Below, piece after piece: positions 1 to 8,787 of a DNA stretch of 64,000 nucleotides. The notes under the pieces are model-generated. The model saw only the letters and a list, made by a program, of their open reading frames with translations. It was not told where the DNA came from and did no database searches. Numbering within the stretch: position 1 is the stretch's first letter; every line of letters starts with the position of its first letter. The position numbers were made by a program, and so were the translations under genes. Source of the DNA: Pseudomonadota bacterium (GTDB taxonomy: Bacteria > Pseudomonadota > Gammaproteobacteria > Burkholderiales > SG8-39); contig CANGMI010000005.1 in NCBI GenBank assembly GCA_947455195.1, positions 128,609 to 192,608 on the forward strand, written 5' to 3'.

Positions 1-7
1 CTCATGA

Positions 8-349
8 TCAGGCCCCTCCGCTGCGGCGGCGCGTGTGGCGAGTGGCGCCATTGATCAGCAGGTGATCGATATCGGCCTCGGCCTGCAACCAGTCCTCGAC
101 GTCATGGCCGTCGGCATAGCCTCGCTCGGTGTAGCGGCGGTAGGCAGCGTCGCTGATCAGCCGGTAGCGCAGGTCGCTGTCAAGCCCGTCCTGCGAACCT
201 TCTGCAAAGGGCTGGTCGAATCCGCTCGGGTCGGATTCCGGCGTGATCGTGCCATTGCCGCTGCTCGCCAGAATCGGAATGCTGCGTGGATGCTGCAGTT
301 CATGCCGAAGCCCTGGTGAGGGTCTTGCGACGGGTGTGCGTGTTGCCAT
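8..349 (-). CDS. DUF2934 domain-containing protein
   Basis: C-terminal segment AAYRRYTERGYADGHDVEDWLQAEADI fits the DUF2934 core (AY..xE.RG...G...DWl.AE). It is the only sensible frame here. Confidence 0.65.
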   Translation of the reverse strand: MATRTPVARPSPGLRHELQHPRSIPILASSGNGTITPESDPSGFDQPFAEGSQDGLDSDLRYRLISDAAYRRYTERGYADGHDVEDWLQAEADIDHLLINGATRHTRRRSGGA

Positions 350-529
350 GGGTCTTGCTCCTCGATTCCGGCCTGCGCCTCGCCATGGGGCGCAGGCGTC
401 GTACGGCGCTTGCCGCGGTAGCCTCCATGCTGCATCGGGCGCATGGTGGTACGTTGACTTTTGGCAAGGGCAGCGTGGCTGGCTTCAATAGCATCGAGCC
501 TTCCAACACACTGCAATGAGGAGCCCACC

Positions 530-976
530 ATGGCTGGACTTGTGCGAACCGATCCCCTTGTCGATCTGGAGCGTTTTGATCCTTTCAGGCGTTTTGAAGA
601 TCTCTTTGGCGGCAGTCGTCTGCGCTCGCTGCTGCGCGATCAGGGGGATGCGCCCTCGATCCGGATGGACGTGAGCGAGGATGACAACTGTTACCGGGTC
701 AAGGCCGAGATCCCCGGCGTCAAGAAAGACGACATCCGTGTCTCGATCGACGCGAACGTCGTCTCGATCAGCGCCCAGGTGCAGGCCGAAAAGGAGGAAA
801 GGAAGGGGGCGTCGGTGATCTGCAGTGAACGCAGCTTTGGTGCTCAGACCCGCAGTTTCTCGCTTCGCCACGATATCGACTCGTCGAAGACGAGCGCGAA
901 GTATGTCGATGGAGTACTCGAACTCGTGCTGCCCAAGCTGGGTAATGGTGCGGTGCGCGAGATCACCATCCAGTAG
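530..976 (+). CDS. Hsp20/alpha-crystallin family small heat-shock protein
   Basis: Alpha-crystallin domain pattern (MDVSEDDNCYRVKAEIPGVKKDDIRVSI ... AKYVDGVLELVLPK). The internal ATG at 530 is preceded by GAGGAG, so the annotated ORF start at 461 is probably too long. Confidence 0.9.
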   Translation: MAGLVRTDPLVDLERFDPFRRFEDLFGGSRLRSLLRDQGDAPSIRMDVSEDDNCYRVKAEIPGVKKDDIRVSIDANVVSISAQVQAEKEERKGASVICSERSFGAQTRSFSLRHDIDSSKTSAKYVDGVLELVLPKLGNGAVREITIQ

Positions 977-1075
977 ATCCGGCTGTGCCGGATGATCCCG
1001 CCGATCCGGCGGGTGCACGACCGCAGGGCGGGCTTCGCGGCCCGCCCTGCTTCCCGGAAACAGCCTGCCAGCCGG

Positions 1076-1732
1076 TCAGGCTACGGTCATGCGATCGTTG
1101 ACCGCGGTCACCCCGGGGGTCGACCAGGCCGCCTGCACCGCGATGTTGCGTTCGTGCAGGCTCTCGATGTTGCCGGTGATCGTGACCCGGCTGCCATCGA
1201 CATTCACCATGAGACTGCGCGCTTCGAGTTCGGCCTGTCGCTTGAGCGCCGACTCGATCAGCCCGCGCACCGACGCACTGTTCACCGGTGCGGGTGTCAC
1301 CGTGACGAGATTGGTGACGCCCACGACACCGGAGAGCCGCCGCACGTCGCGCACCGCTGCCTCCTGCTGGTAGCGGTAGGTTACCTTGCCGGTGAGCGTG
1401 ACCCAGCCTCGCTCCACCTTGACGTGGATATCGGAAGAGGGCACCAGATCGTCCCATTGCAGCATGCGCACGGCGCGCTCGGCAATCTCCTCATCGGTGC
1501 GTTTCTTGTCGCTCGGCAGGCGAACTTCCACCGTTTCGGCGATGGCTCGCACGCCTCGCACACGCCCCACCGCGCGCTCGGCTGCGATCTTCTGGGTGTG
1601 GCTTGCGACATGGCCGGAGAGCGTGACGACACCGTCGTGGGCAGTCACGCCGATATGGGTTGCATCGACACTGGGTTCGAACGCGAGTTCTTCCTCGACG
1701 AGACGACGCAGTTCGGAATCGCTGATGATCAT
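1076..1732 (-). CDS. BON domain-containing protein (three BON repeats, OsmY-like, no signal peptide)
   Basis: Three repeats of the V.V....G.VTLTG.V...... pattern. The ATG at 1732 is preceded by AGGAG, and the longer ORF to 1852 has no support. Confidence 0.85.
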   Translation of the reverse strand: MIISDSELRRLVEEELAFEPSVDATHIGVTAHDGVVTLSGHVASHTQKIAAERAVGRVRGVRAIAETVEVRLPSDKKRTDEEIAERAVRMLQWDDLVPSSDIHVKVERGWVTLTGKVTYRYQQEAAVRDVRRLSGVVGVTNLVTVTPAPVNSASVRGLIESALKRQAELEARSLMVNVDGSRVTITGNIESLHERNIAVQAAWSTPGVTAVNDRMTVA

Positions 1733-1924
1733 GGAGGGCTCCTGACAGGAAAGTGAGGGGAACGAGGCACCGTCGCGCGGCTTGTTGCGCGCGGGAGGGC
1801 ACCGTCCCTGCATCCTCACAGAAGCCACCCGACAGGCCTTGAGGACCATCAACCGGGACCGGCGGGCAGGCGCAAACCGCTATCATCCGTGCCTGGGTGA
1901 CCCCGGACGGGTCGTCGCGAGGAG

Positions 1925-3529
1925 ATGCCGTTGGACGCGCAGAAGAAACCGAATTTCATCGTCTTCATCACCGATCAGCACCGAGCCGATCACCTCGGGT
2001 GCTACGGCAATCCGATCGTGCGCACGCCCGTGATCGACAGTCTGGCTGATCGCGGCTGGCTCTTCGATGAATTCCACGTGGCCACGCCCATCTGCATGCC
2101 CAACCGCGCCTCGATCATGACCGGCCGATTGCCCTCGCGCCATGGCGTGCGCCACAACGGCATCGAACTCTCGCATGATGAGCGCACGCTGCCGCAGCAC
2201 CTGCAGGAGGCTGGCTACACCACCTTGCATGTGGGCAAATCGCACCTGCAGAACATCGAGACCAAGCCAGGTCAGTATCCGCGTGAGGGCGAGGCACGCC
2301 GTGCGCCGGCCGCGCGTCGCGAAGGGCCGGGCGAGCATGGACAGGAAATGTGGAAGCGCTGGGAAGATGACCCTGCGTGGGACATCGCCACGCCCTATTA
2401 CGGGTTTGATACGGTTGATCTGTGCATTCATCACGCCGATGACGAGTACGGCCACTGGCGCCGCTGGATCCGGACCCGGCACGCCGATGCCGATGCGCTC
2501 ATCGGCCCTGAAAATGCCACGCCAGCGCCCGAGTACGAACTCACCCGCTGCCGTCAGGCCTGGCGCACTCGAGTGCCGGAAGAAGACTATCCGACGGCCT
2601 GGATTGCTGATCGCGCCATCGATCGCCTGCGTGAGGTGGCCCGGGGCGACAAGCCGTTCTTCCTGCACTGCTCGTTTCCCGATCCGCACCACCCCTATAC
2701 GCCGCCGGGCCGCTACTGGTCGATGTACTCACCCGACGATGTTCCTGCGCCCCCCTCGTTTCATGCCGAACACAGCAACCTGCCGCCCAGCGTGCAGTGG
2801 CTCCGGGATCAGCGAGCGGCAGGCACCGCGGTGAAGAACACGCAGGCGCTCTTTGCCTGCAGCGAACGTGAGGCGCGCGAGGCCATTGCCCTCAATTACG
2901 GATCGATCAGTTTCATCGACGATTCGATCGGGCGTGTGCTCGCCGAATTGAAACGGCTGGGGCTCGACGAGAATACCGTGGTGATCTTTACCGCCGACCA
3001 TGGCGACTACATGGGAGATCACCAGATGCTTCTGAAGGGACCCGTGCACTACCGCGGGCTCATTCGCATTCCCTTCATCTGGCATGACCCGGTGCGACCT
3101 TCCGCCGGCGTCTCGGCAGCGCTCACCCAGTCGATCGACATCGCGCCCACGATCCTTGACCGCGCCGGCATCATCGAATGGAACGGGGTTCAGGGGCGAT
3201 CGCTTCTTCCCTTGATGGCCAGCGACGAGGCCGCGCGGGGTCGCGCCGCGCGAACCGACCTGCTCATCGAAGAGGAAGGGCAGCGCTACTACATGGGTTT
3301 TCCAGCACGCGTCCGGATGCGTACCTTGCGCGACGCGCGCTACCGACTGTCGGTCTACGACGGCGTGTCCTGGGGCGAACTCTACGATCTGGCATCCGAT
3401 CCGCTCGAGACGCACAATCTGTGGGATGAGCCATCGGCCGCGGGTGTTCGTGCCTCGATGACCGAGCGCATGGCGCGCGCCATGATCGACATGGCCGAGA
3501 CGAGCCCTTATCCCGACCGGATCGCCTGA
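1925..3529 (+). CDS. Cys-type sulfatase (arylsulfatase family)
   Basis: N-terminal FITDQHRADHLGCYG and formylglycine motif C-M-P-N-R-ASIMTG (CxPxR). The downstream FTADHGD metal-site motif is also present. Confidence 0.9.
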   Translation: MPLDAQKKPNFIVFITDQHRADHLGCYGNPIVRTPVIDSLADRGWLFDEFHVATPICMPNRASIMTGRLPSRHGVRHNGIELSHDERTLPQHLQEAGYTTLHVGKSHLQNIETKPGQYPREGEARRAPAARREGPGEHGQEMWKRWEDDPAWDIATPYYGFDTVDLCIHHADDEYGHWRRWIRTRHADADALIGPENATPAPEYELTRCRQAWRTRVPEEDYPTAWIADRAIDRLREVARGDKPFFLHCSFPDPHHPYTPPGRYWSMYSPDDVPAPPSFHAEHSNLPPSVQWLRDQRAAGTAVKNTQALFACSEREAREAIALNYGSISFIDDSIGRVLAELKRLGLDENTVVIFTADHGDYMGDHQMLLKGPVHYRGLIRIPFIWHDPVRPSAGVSAALTQSIDIAPTILDRAGIIEWNGVQGRSLLPLMASDEAARGRAARTDLLIEEEGQRYYMGFPARVRMRTLRDARYRLSVYDGVSWGELYDLASDPLETHNLWDEPSAAGVRASMTERMARAMIDMAETSPYPDRIA

Positions 3530-4542
3530 TGCGAGTGCGCGCACCTTTCCGTCTCGCCGGGTATCTCGCGGCAGCGCTCATGGGCGGCCCGACGCTGTTG
3601 CTCGCGCTCGGGCTGGGGCTGGGGCTTTCGCCCGCCTGTTTCGCCCAATCGGGCGCGGGTGCTGCCCGTGCGCTGGTGCTCGTGGTGCCGTTCTCGGCCG
3701 GCGCTGCCAACGATGTGCTCGCGCGCATCCTCGCGCCATCGCTCAAGGAGGTCTTCGGAGCGGTTGTGGTCGAGAACCGTCCGGGTGCCGATGGTGCCAT
3801 CGGTGCGATGGCTGTCCTCAACGCGGCGCATGACGGTCGCACCGTACTGGTGGTACCGGACCAGATGCTGATCTCGGCAGCTTCGGGGCAGGCAACGAGC
3901 TACGACTTCATGCGCGATTTCGTGCCGGTGGTTCACACCAACAACCTGCCGTTCTTTCTCGTCGTGAACCCCGAGGCACTGCCGGCTTCGAGCGTTGGTG
4001 ATGTGGTGCGCACCCTGCGGGCGAATCCGGGCAAGTACAGCTACGGCTCGGCAGGCAATGCCGCCCCTCACCACCTGGCGGTACAGATGCTCGCGCGGTC
4101 AGAGCATCTCGAGGTGGTGCATGTGCCTTACAAGGGCATGGGGCAGGGTATTCCCGACCTGCTGGCTGGTCGCATCCAGTTCGTGATTACCGGCTTGCCG
4201 GCGGTCAGCGCGCATGTGAAGGAGGGGCGCCTGCGGGCGCTGGCCACCGTGGGGAGCCGCCGGGCGCAGTTACGACCCGATCTGCCGACCTTTGCCGAGT
4301 CTGGCGTCGCTGGCGTGCGCATGGACACCTGGCAGGGGCTCTTCGTGCCCACCGGCTCACCCCGCGCGATGATCGATCAGGTGAACCGGGCGGTGAATGC
4401 GGCGCTTGCGCGCCCCGACGTGCGCGAGCAGATGGCATCGCAAGGCATGGACGCGGCTGGCGGTACGCAGGAGACCTTTGCCGAAACGGTACGTGCTGAC
4501 ATGGCGCGGTATCGGGAGTTGATGCGGGCCATCACCCTGTAG
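3529..4542 (+). CDS. Bug-family (TctC-like) tripartite tricarboxylate transporter substrate-binding protein
   Basis: Signal peptide plus typical Bug motifs (VVENRPGA.G.IG, Y.SAG.G...HLA, VPYKG). The ATGA overlaps the sulfatase stop. Confidence 0.9.
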   Translation: MRVRAPFRLAGYLAAALMGGPTLLLALGLGLGLSPACFAQSGAGAARALVLVVPFSAGAANDVLARILAPSLKEVFGAVVVENRPGADGAIGAMAVLNAAHDGRTVLVVPDQMLISAASGQATSYDFMRDFVPVVHTNNLPFFLVVNPEALPASSVGDVVRTLRANPGKYSYGSAGNAAPHHLAVQMLARSEHLEVVHVPYKGMGQGIPDLLAGRIQFVITGLPAVSAHVKEGRLRALATVGSRRAQLRPDLPTFAESGVAGVRMDTWQGLFVPTGSPRAMIDQVNRAVNAALARPDVREQMASQGMDAAGGTQETFAETVRADMARYRELMRAITL

Positions 4543-4735
4543 GCAGGCTGGGAGGGCCTTGAAAGTCTGGTGCGGTCCCTGTAATGCAGTTACGTTTCTA
4601 CAGAATGCGGAACAGGCGAACTGTCCATGACGGTCGTGTCCTTGTTGCCTGCCTCGCCGTGTCTTGCTGGTGCAGCCGGGTCGCTGATCTCTTTGCAGGT
4701 CAGGGCCGGCCGGGCAAGCCAACGTCGGATCGACG

Positions 4736-5611
4736 TCAGGCCAGTTCGAGTATCGCTCTCGCCTCATCGACGCTTGCCGGCCGCTCGCCGATGGCCTCGA
4801 TGATGTCCACGGCCCGCGCAACCAGCGCTGCATTGCCGGGCGCGAGTACGCCTTGTGCGAGGTACAGGTTGTCTTCCAGCCCCACCCGCACATGGCCACC
4901 GAGCACGACCGCCTGGGCCACCATCGGGAACTGATGGCGTGCGATACCGAAGCTCGCCCACAGGGCGCCGGGTGGCAGATCGTTCTTCATGATCACCATG
5001 GCTTCGGTGGAGGCAGGGGCACCCCAGGGCACGCCCAGACACAACTGGAAGAGCGGTTTGCCAATGATGAGTCCGCGCTCGACCATGTCGCGTGCGTGGC
5101 GTACGTGGCCGAGGTCGAACACTTCGAGTTCGGGCTTCACGCCTGAGGAGCGGATGAGTTCGGCCATGCGCTCGAGCGTGCGTGGCGTATTCACGAAGGC
5201 GTTGCCTGGCCAGTTCATCGTGGCCACATCGAGGCTGCAGATGTCGGGCTTCAGGGCAAGCACATGCTCCACCCGCTTCTCGGGCGTGGCGAGAGTCGTG
5301 CCTGCATCGCCCACTTTCGGGTCGGCCTCGGACGAATTGAAGCGGGCCCCGGCACCGGTGGTGAGGTTGATGAGCACCGCCGTACCACTGGCCCGGATGC
5401 GCTCGACGACTTCGCGATAGTGTTCGAGTGCCATCGAGGGCTTGCCAGTGGCCGGATCGCGCACGTGGATGTGGACCACGGCCGCCCCTGCGCGCGCTGC
5501 TGCGATGCACTCGCTGGCAATCTGCTCCGGGGTAACGGGCACGTTGGGGTTCTGCCTGAGCGAGTCGCCAGCACCGGTGACCGCACAGCTGATGATGACG
5601 GGGCGTGCCAT
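4736..5611 (-). CDS. 3-keto-5-aminohexanoate cleavage enzyme family protein (BKACE/DUF849)
   Basis: N-terminus MARPVIISCAVTGAGDS...PNVPVTPEQIA....AA..AGAAVVHIHVRD is typical of BKACE TIM-barrel enzymes. Confidence 0.85.
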   Translation of the reverse strand: MARPVIISCAVTGAGDSLRQNPNVPVTPEQIASECIAAARAGAAVVHIHVRDPATGKPSMALEHYREVVERIRASGTAVLINLTTGAGARFNSSEADPKVGDAGTTLATPEKRVEHVLALKPDICSLDVATMNWPGNAFVNTPRTLERMAELIRSSGVKPELEVFDLGHVRHARDMVERGLIIGKPLFQLCLGVPWGAPASTEAMVIMKNDLPPGALWASFGIARHQFPMVAQAVVLGGHVRVGLEDNLYLAQGVLAPGNAALVARAVDIIEAIGERPASVDEARAILELA

Positions 5612-5620
5612 TTCAGCGAC

Positions 5621-6748
5621 TCAGGTCCCGGTACGCGCGGCGCTGCGAGTCTCTGCCGCAATCGCCGCATTGACGCGCGGCATGACCTCGGTGGCCATGA
5701 GTTCCATCGAGCGGCAGCCCAGTTTCTGGTCGACCCAGTCCATGCCGGCGTAGACAATCTCGCCAAAGTCACCGACCTGCTCGCGCAGCGCGAGAATCTG
5801 ATCGACCACGCTGTTCACCGAACCGTGGATCACCAGGCGATCCATCACGAAGTCATGGGTCAGCTCTTCGTCGGGCTGGTCGACGCGCTCCTTGAACACG
5901 ACATGGCGCTTGCCCTTGGTGAGCTTGTACTGCAGTTGCTGGTAGTAGAAGCGGTAGGGACTGTTCGTATCCTCTCGCCCGTAGCGCCGCGCCGTGCTGT
6001 CATCGTCGGCCACGAAGATGGTGCGGGCAACGCGCCAGTCGGCCGTGGAGGCGACCTTGCCAGCCTTGGCCTTGCCCTCGGCAAAGTTGGCCCAGTGTGA
6101 GGGCAGCCAGTGCGGCAGCAGGAAATTGGCCGACAGTGGATGGAAGTCACGCTCACCCATCGCGATCACGCCCTTGGAGTGCGGCGCAACCACGGTGCCC
6201 ACCACTTCGGGACGCGGGCTCTGGAAGGGCTTCGGAATCATGCCGGTGCCCACTGCCGTGTTGAGCGTGGTGCGGGTGGTCACCGGGAAGCGGTTGCCGG
6301 GAAAATCGATGTCATACGGAGGCTCGCGCTCCCAGATCGCCAGAATCACGTCGATGGCGTCGGCAAACATCTTGTTGCGGTCTTCACCGAGGATGCCCAG
6401 CGCCTCGGCATCGGAGGCGAGCGCTCCGGGGCTTACGCCGAAGATGAAGCGACCGCGCGCCAGGTGATCGAACATCGCGGCTTGTGCGGCGATGAGGACC
6501 GGGTGCATGTGCGAGAGGTTGGATGTGCCGGTACCCAGCCGGATCGACTGCGTCGAGTGGATGAGGGTGGCGAGGAACATCATGCTGTTGGTGACACTCT
6601 CGGCCTTGTCGGTGAGGTGTTCACCCACGAAGGCGTCGTGAAACCCGAGCTTGTCGGCGAGGATGATGGCCTCGCGGTCTTCACGCAGTGTCTCGGTGTA
6701 GTCGCGGTGGAGTGGATGCAGCGGCATCGTGAAGTAGCCAAGGCGCAT
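5621..6748 (-). CDS. LLM-class flavin-dependent oxidoreductase (luciferase-like monooxygenase)
   Basis: MRLGYFTMPLHP....Y.....ED.E.I..AD.LGF..AFVGEH pattern. The upstream 92 codons of the ORF are Arg/Pro-rich junk, so the start was moved to 6748. Confidence 0.85.
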   Translation of the reverse strand: MRLGYFTMPLHPLHRDYTETLREDREAIILADKLGFHDAFVGEHLTDKAESVTNSMMFLATLIHSTQSIRLGTGTSNLSHMHPVLIAAQAAMFDHLARGRFIFGVSPGALASDAEALGILGEDRNKMFADAIDVILAIWEREPPYDIDFPGNRFPVTTRTTLNTAVGTGMIPKPFQSPRPEVVGTVVAPHSKGVIAMGERDFHPLSANFLLPHWLPSHWANFAEGKAKAGKVASTADWRVARTIFVADDDSTARRYGREDTNSPYRFYYQQLQYKLTKGKRHVVFKERVDQPDEELTHDFVMDRLVIHGSVNSVVDQILALREQVGDFGEIVYAGMDWVDQKLGCRSMELMATEVMPRVNAAIAAETRSAARTGT

Positions 6749-6857
6749 GGGGATCTCTCGGGCAGTGGGTGGGGTATGAGCGCAATCAGTCGCTGCCCCT
6801 GCGCAGTCTCGGTTGGAGGGCGCGCAAGGGGCAACCGGCCAGCATGAAGGACGTCTG

Positions 6858-7841
6858 TCAGTCGAAGGCAAGCCGCGCGTCGGATGCAATCTTACGCAAG
6901 GCCGCGGTTTCCGTGCGAACCTGTGCAGGCACTGCCTCGGGCGAGCCGCCTGCCGTGGTGATGCCCAGGCCTGCAAAACGGGCCTTGAAGTCCTCATCGG
7001 CAATCGCCGTGTTGATGGCGGCATTGACCTTCATCTGGATGGCCGGGGGAAGTCCCGGCGGGCCGAAGACCCCGATCCAGTATGTGAGATCGAACCCCGC
7101 GAGGCCGCCCTCCGCGATGGTGGGCGTCGACGGGAACCGCGGGTCGCGACTGCGGCTTGTGGTGCCAAGGAAGCGCACCTTGCCCGAGTCGATGAAGGGC
7201 CTGGCGGCACCATCGAAGGTGACCTGGCAGACCCCTGCAATCACATCCTGCATGGCGGGGGCGGTGCCCTTGTAGGGCACGTGCACCATGTCGACCCGCC
7301 CGAGCATCTTCATCAGTTCACCGGCGAAGTGAACGCCGCTGCCGGTGCCCGAGGTGGCGTAGTTGATACGCCCCGGATTGCGCCGTGCGTAGTCGATGAA
7401 CTCGGTGATGGTGTTCGCAGGCACCGAGGGGTGAACGACCATCTGCAGGCCGTAGGTGCCCACCAGCGAGATCGGCGTGAAGTCCCGGATCGGGTCGTAG
7501 GAGAGGCTCTTCTCCGTGACCGCCATGTAGGTGTGCGTGCCGTTGGTCGTGTAGAGCAGGTAGTAGCCATCGGCGGGTGCGCGGGCGATGAGTTCGGCGC
7601 CGATACGGCCGCCACCTCCCGGCCTGGACTCGAGAACCCAGGGTTGACCCAGCACGCGACTGACGCGCTCTGCCAGGAAGCGGCTCGAGATGTCGGAGAA
7701 GCCGCCTGCGGCGTAGGGGACGATGACTCGAACTGGCCCTGTCGGGTAGTTCGTGCTGCGCACCGCAGGGTCAGGGTCAGCGGCGCAGGCGAGGGGTGCG
7801 AAGCAGGCAGCGAATCCCGACAGGACGGCAGACACCCGCAT
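6858..7841 (-). CDS. Bug-family (TctC-like) substrate-binding protein
   Basis: Signal peptide MRVSAVLSGFAACFAPLACAAD, then Bug motifs (VESRPGGGG.IG, YATSGTGS..H, VPYKG). GGAG lies 5 nt upstream of the ATG at 7841. Confidence 0.9.
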   Translation of the reverse strand: MRVSAVLSGFAACFAPLACAADPDPAVRSTNYPTGPVRVIVPYAAGGFSDISSRFLAERVSRVLGQPWVLESRPGGGGRIGAELIARAPADGYYLLYTTNGTHTYMAVTEKSLSYDPIRDFTPISLVGTYGLQMVVHPSVPANTITEFIDYARRNPGRINYATSGTGSGVHFAGELMKMLGRVDMVHVPYKGTAPAMQDVIAGVCQVTFDGAARPFIDSGKVRFLGTTSRSRDPRFPSTPTIAEGGLAGFDLTYWIGVFGPPGLPPAIQMKVNAAINTAIADEDFKARFAGLGITTAGGSPEAVPAQVRTETAALRKIASDARLAFD

Positions 7842-8019
7842 CAAGCTCCATCGTCGCCGGGCGCCGTCCGATGATGGGCCTGCGCTCCGCGGTTGTCTCG
7901 TCATGAACACGGCGTCTTGTCCCCCTTTTCCATGCGGGTGCGAGGTTAACGGAAAACACGGACCGGTTCAGTTGAGGCGCTCGCCCGGGATGCCGGGACC
8001 GCATCGTGTGCCAGGGGGC

Positions 8020-8048
8020 TTGGGTATCTCGCGAAAAGACGGTAGAAT
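8020..8048 (+). promoter_or_regulatory. Candidate sigma70 promoter (TTGGGT-17nt-TAGAAT) upstream of tRNA-Ser
   Basis: TTGGGT at 8020-8025 and TAGAAT at 8043-8048 are separated by a 17-nt spacer. This would give a leader of roughly 90 nt before the tRNA, which is long. Confidence 0.3.
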
Positions 8049-8141
8049 CTCAGGCTCTGCGGTGCCTGACCATGGCGCTGCAGATCGCCTGGGTTACCGG
8101 GCAGCGCCGGTGCTGGCACCGCGCGGGAAGAGCAGGGCCAC

Positions 8142-8229
<88 letters not shown>

Positions 8230-8787
8230 AGCAAAGTTACTTCAAGTGTTCAATCTTTGAACTGCTGCCGACAAGCTTTTGATCTGATTGACTTTTTCTC
8301 GGTCACCTCCTGACCAGAGCTTGAAGATAGTCCCTTCATACAGGGGCTTCAGTACGATCGAGACGCTGTTTTTTTCAGGGCCACCTGACTGGGTGAGTTC
8401 GAAAAAATCTATCTAGAACAATGGGTTACGAGACTGGGTCGTGCCCCTCGTTACCGTATTGCCGCAAAAAGTTCAGGAGCTTTTGCGGAAATTCATGATC
8501 CATGCGGGGTTCGGGCGGTGGGGATTCGAAAATTCAAGTTCTGCGATCGCTAGGGCAGACGACTCTCATCGGCCAGTTCCTGCCATTCGCGACCGGCGGC
8601 CTCACGGCCAGCTGATCAGTTTGGCGCGGGACGGGACTAAGCGGACTGGCGCCTTGCGCGACTGGCAAGGACAGCGGCCGGTCCCAACGTGGCAACTGCC
8701 CGGGTCCAGTCCAGCCGCCTCTGCAACTTGACAATTTTTAGGCGGGAAGCGAAATTTGGCTTTCTCGCCAAAAAATCTCAAATCCCT

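Noticed and set aside
350-529. Sigma32-type heat-shock promoter upstream of the Hsp20 gene
   Set aside because: Only poor matches to CTTGAAA-N13/14-CCCCATNT were found (for example GCTTCAA ... TCCAACAC). That is not good enough to annotate.
8248-8262. Hairpin GTTCAA-TCT-TTGAAC just after the tRNA as a terminator
   Set aside because: It has only a 6-bp AT-rich stem and no following T-run. That is too weak to annotate as a terminator.
8441-8731. 96-aa ORF in the AT-rich spacer after the tRNA, and an unlisted open frame on the minus strand at about 8240-8390 ending ...KLWSGGDREKVNQIKSLSAAVQRLNT*
   Set aside because: No start/RBS logic and no recognisable family were found, and the composition is atypical. 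They could be relics of island genes such as an integrase tail, but I cannot support that from sequence.
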